Assembly (NCBI GenBank): GCA_043228905.1
Contig: JBHGNT010000002.1
Span: 17,608,001-17,672,000, forward strand
DNA length: 64,000 bases
DNA from: Azolla caroliniana
Lineage: Eukaryota > Plantae > Polypodiophyta
Direction: 5' to 3'
Part shown: one piece after another, positions 59,766-64,000 of the stretch
Layout: each line of letters starts with the position of its first letter
Numbering within the stretch: the stretch's first letter is position 1
Position numbers and translations under genes: made by a program
Notes under the pieces: model-generated
Told to the model about the DNA's origin: nothing
Databases searched by the model: none
Seen by the model: the letters and a program-made list of their open reading frames with translations, nothing else

Positions 59766-61913
59766 TCTCTAGATTCTTTCCCTAAGCTATACCTATTTCT
59801 TTCATGGTTTGGTCGTACGGTGAGGAATTGAACTGAGCTCGTCCCATCTTGACTTCGTATCCGCGTATATGTTGAACCATTATCAAGTACCTTTGTCTCC
59901 ATCCGGGATGCTGTAATGTAAGGCTCGCCAAGGATGATAGGATGTGACGCCGATTCCTCCACAAAAAAGTGTTGATCATGCTCAACGTCACGAATAGTCA
60001 CCTTAACATTAGGGCAGGCCCCATGGAGGTCTTCCATCACCCTAGTTGTTGCTCGAATCTTCCACCCATGCCTACAATTAATATGCCAACGAACCTTTCG
60101 ATAGAAGTCAAGAGACATGAGGTTGATCTCCGAGCCATGATCAATGAGAGCCACCACCGAATCTTTCAAGTCTCCCATCCGCATCGGTGTCTCGATAGTG
60201 GCCCTAGCCCAATGTGGCCTCACAAAATGGCTATCGGCAAATTCTTGTTCAATTTAGAGGCCTTCCGTTGGTTCCTTTTTCACGTTGGTCTGATTCTTTG
60301 CTTCCCTCTTTCGGTTATCGTTTGGTGCGGTGATGATTCCTCCCTTCTTCGAACAACTTCTCTTGTGTCATGTTTCTTTGAAGAGCCTGATTAGTCATCT
60401 GGTCTTTTTCGTTTCTCTTCAACTAGGATGTCGTAGTTTTGACACATGGCCTCGATGAAGCTAGAATTCTCCTCCACAGGGTCCTCCCCTCTTGTCATTT
60501 CTTGGACTCTTCGTTTTGCTTTGAGTGCCTCATTCATGCAGAGCTTCCCTTTTCCGACTTGATTCAATATGATCGGCCAAAGTTCTCTTGCTTGAGACTC
60601 TTGGGCTCTCGTCTCGTGTCCAACTCGAATTCCAACATATGAGGAATAGTAAACACTATTCACTTTGCTTGAAACATATGAGCTCCATCAACTTCTTCAT
60701 ACCTCCTCGGCCGAAGTTGGTGTTGAGAGGACATTGCGTCAACAAGGAGTGAATCCGATTACTGGAGAGATAAATGATATCTCGTCGGAGGGCATTTTGG
60801 AATTCTAAGCAATCTCTCCGCTGGTGTTCCAAAGAGGCTCACCAAATACACCTACGGGGAAAATCCAGGCAACGACCTGGAAAAGTTTGAGTTTCTTCCT
60901 TTCTAATTTGAGAAATTCTTATATCTCAAAGCATGTCTACAAGTTCATCCATTGTGGCTTCGTTCGTGGGCTGAGCCACTTCAGCATCCCTCCGTCTTTG
61001 GGCTTGTGGTTCTTGTCTTGCGTTATAAACTTGGTGGCCAATCTGAGTTGCAACACTCAATCTTGTCTCATTGTCCCATTGTCAACGCTTATCAAAACAT
61101 CCACAAGCTCTCTTCACTACTGCCCAATCAGAAATGAGGCCTTCATCCTTTTCTAGTAGTAGTCCAAGATCTCTTTGATCTTTCTTATCTACTGATTTGA
61201 TAAATAGGAGCACCTTGTTGGAATCGAAAATCGTTTTGTCAAGTGCAGGCAGACGATCAAATCTTTGCTCGAACTCATGGAGTGTCGCACTCGCACTCAC
61301 CTCTTTGTTAGAAGACTCCACCCAGTCCATTAAATCTTTCTTCGTCATTTGAGATGATTCACCAAACCCATGTTCTTCAAGTAAACTTTGTTCGAAAGAT
61401 AACCATTCTGGATTGGTCTCTTGTAGCTCTAGGACCCGGGAATAAAGACTTGAAGTTACAATCCTTGAGAAGCTTGTCATTTTTCTTGCCGTAAAAATAC
61501 CCTTTTCCGCATTTCTATTTTGTAGGTTTCAAGGTATCGTGTCACATCTCTACTGTCAAAGCATTTGTTGGTATCCACGATGCTATCGATGGCAACGTGA
61601 AGGCCTGCGACGTTGTCTCTCTCCTTAAGCATTTGGTCCATCATCCTCGCCATTGCTTGTGCTAGACTATGATTAGAGTCTCTAGCACTCAAAGTTGTAG
61701 CCATCCTCCCTTGCCGTTCTTCACGTCGGGTTCGCCAAATCTATGTCGCGGAAATCCGCGCCTGCGGGTCGGTCGAACGGGACCACCGGGGTCTTTGACC
61801 AAGGAGGATGAATCAGGTGACTTGGGCTTGTAAGGAATCGATTGTCATTTAGGTTTACAATCGGGTCATTCTTGTTGTTGAGGATGCTTGTGTGGGTTGA
61901 CCGAGAGAGAGAG

Positions 61914-61954
<41 letters not shown>

Positions 61955-62647
61955 TATTGAGAAAATATTAACGCACCACAAAGATGTTGTGAAGCACTTG
62001 ACGCATGTGCAAAACGTTGCGATGTGCGTGTTACACGTGTGCAGACAAGCACCGGCCTCTACCCACAAGTGGTGATGGAGGATCGAAAGGATCTTTCAAG
62101 ACAATGAAGTGGAACCGTTAGTGTTTTGGACCGGAAAGACTACTGCAAGCAAGAAAGTATTAAAGATCGATTGGTAGATAGATAGATACGGACGAGAATT
62201 CCAATTCCCGGTTTGAACCTTTGACTTCAAAATTGAGGGACAAGACACATTGCCAATGAGATAATTAAGATTTATTATTATTGTTATTGATTCCATACAT
62301 TACTTGATTTCCTTTCCCTTCCTTTCCTTCTTATATAGATGTCCCCATGCATATGATGCATGTGAGGGTGCATGCAATGCATGATTGCCATTTGGCGCTC
62401 ATGCATCACATGCGATGCATGATGACCATGTCCCTCATTCAAGGTCTCATGTATGAGCAGTGACATGTGAAAAGTACAATGAAGAAAATAAACTTTAAAG
62501 AAAACAACCTAACCTAATGGTATGTCAATTGCCTCCTATCTTGGAGGTGTAAGGCTCGAAACCTTGCATCTCGTTGGATGCCACTAGGCCTTAGGCTTGT
62601 TTCTTTTTATATTTTGTGTAATGAACATCTAAACACACATCACATGT

Positions 62648-63209
62648 TATCATGAAGAAAACCGGTCATAGGGGTAATCGGGGATCCAAGCGCATGAACC
62701 AGTGCTACGCGGATCAACATTTAATTTCATTATCTTTGTACATAGTTAGGGATAGGTTGGCGTGATGTAGGCGAATTAAATTGAATAGGTTAGCAAATCG
62801 ATGTGTATCTCTGTCTGAAGGGACAGAGAATAAAGATGATGTAATGGAAGTGACAACTCTCCCTCGCCTACCTATAAAAGGCGCGAGAGAAAGACTAAAA
62901 GGAGGGGCATTTTCGGGAGAGGAGGAGGTGATGCCAGATTGGGAACTGAGCACCGATCTCTGTTTCTGTATGAATCCTTGTTGTAGTCTCTATTTGGTTG
63001 TAATCGATTCTTCCTAAGTGCAATCTCTGTCTATCTTTGGCATGCTACCGATTCCCTGTCTGAACCGGCAAGTGATGTGCTTGCCGGTACCCGGCGTCCG
63101 TCGTTCTTTCTCTTCCCTTTTATCTTTTCTTCTATCTTTGCACATTCCTTGGTCTAGGGCCCCCACGGTCCCGCCTTACTTTCCTACGCGCACGTGCGAT
63201 AACACGATA
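62648..63209 (+). repeat. Solo LTR of Gypsy-W type inside the copy F 5' LTR
   Basis: Absent from the sister LTR (50221-50270); termini TATCATGAAGAAAACC...CACGATA (mutated TG..CA); TSD ATGT/ACGT; resembles the copy B LTR. Confidence 0.85.
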
Positions 63210-63884
63210 ACGTGCATATTAGCGTGCTAACATACATGTGTAACCATCACTCCTTTCATATGTATGCACATTGCACCTTCTCGAATCTCCTCGTTCCACA
63301 CAATTTTCACACTATTGTCGAAAATCTTCAAGACAACGTTGTGAGAAGTGTTGGGGATAGTGAAGAGGAAGTGGTTGTTGATAAAGCCAGAGATAGAAAA
63401 GCTAGTCGAGGTGAGGACGAAGTGGCGGTGAGGACAATCTAGCCCAAGTCAACTTCAACATTATGTGCTTCACACATTGACATAAAGTAATAGGTTCTAG
63501 CTCTCATTATATACTATGGGATCCAATGTTGTCCTATCTATGTGGGCTATCTCATAGTTTGTTTTCCCAATCTTCTCAAACTTCACACTCACATAACTTG
63601 ATACTTGTTTATCGGTTTCATGTGTCGTAAAATGCGTTATGAAGCTCTTGAAGACATCAATCTTAAGTACTAAGAATTTAAACTAACCTAAAACAATTAC
63701 CTCATTACTTTTCTTATTGTATGTAAAAAATCACACGACATTCACCCTCACCAAACTTGCACATCCACCGGTATGTGCCAATTGTTGTGAGGTTCCTCTT
63801 TTGATTACATTTTTTCAACCTCGATGGTCGAGGCTACATCGTTGAGAGCCTCCCTTCAAGATGCTTCGATGATTTGGGGCCTCT

Positions 63885-64000
63885 CTTCTCCTTCTTCCGA
63901 ATTTGGTGGAATTCTTCTGTCGTCCATGATTAATCTTTTTGAAGAGAACTCAAGTATTTCCCGATCTCCACGAATTCACCTTCGTAGTCCTCTTCTATGA
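63885..64000 (-). pseudogene. pol: Gypsy-W RNase H-integrase linker fragment at the window edge
   Basis: IEEDYEGEFVEIGKYL...SWTTEEFHQIRKK, compare YDGEWLQIGGFL...SWTKDETNRIRKK in copy D. Confidence 0.65.

Larger units (their letters stand above)
56423..61704 (-). pseudogene. gag-pol: Copy F gag-protease (59756-61704) and Pol (56423-59765), disrupted
   Basis: ORFs 61477.., 61082.., 59756..60223 (IDHGSEIN, ends REDF-stop), 58142..59008 (FLDD), 57335.., 57032.. Confidence 0.9.
49544..63335 (-). mobile_element. Gypsy-W copy F, full length, decayed; hosts Copia-H and a solo LTR
   Basis: 3' LTR 49544-50371, 5' LTR 61744-63335; PBS TGGCGAACCCGACGTGA 61721-61737; TSD ACAT/ACGT. Confidence 0.9.

Noticed and set aside
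1-64000. CRISPR arrays, rRNA, host protein-coding genes, env or chromodomain
   Set aside because: No repeat-spacer array, rRNA motif, non-TE protein motif, transmembrane env ORF or chromodomain was seen.

Overview
No host gene is visible in this window. It is a deeply nested cluster of LTR retrotransposons from a eukaryote, probably a non-seed land plant (inferred from plant-type tRNA primer sites, telo-box motifs and C>T-dominated decay). Three groups are present. (i) Ty1/copia elements with an iMet PBS and 5-bp TSDs: 10229-45933, 18975-38932, 50793-56417, plus an older host fragment. (ii) Degenerate Athila/Tat-like Gypsy pieces at 1-10187. (iii) A recurring Ty3/gypsy family, called Gypsy-W here, with at least 6 internal copies, 2 solo LTRs and fragments, including one apparently intact, very young copy at 31481-38745 (- strand). 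Gypsy-W has a distinctive cis-acting system readable from the sequence. Gag-protease and RT-RNaseH-IN are joined by a predicted -1 ribosomal frameshift (G GAU UUU, stop, 6-nt spacer, H-type pseudoknot) that covaries across six copies. It also has a tRNA-Trp PBS set 4-6 nt from the LTR, a covarying hairpin before a short G-rich PPT, and 4-bp target sites that are all CpG-centred. Two copies sit in the same palindrome in the two LTRs of one copia element. Other candidates: two LTRs whose tRNA-Arg binding site faces opposite to the LTR promoter and occupies the PPT position; an in-frame Arg-rich C-terminal extension of copia Pol bracketed by duplicated PPTs; and tRNA-like A/B-box modules inside two LTR types.
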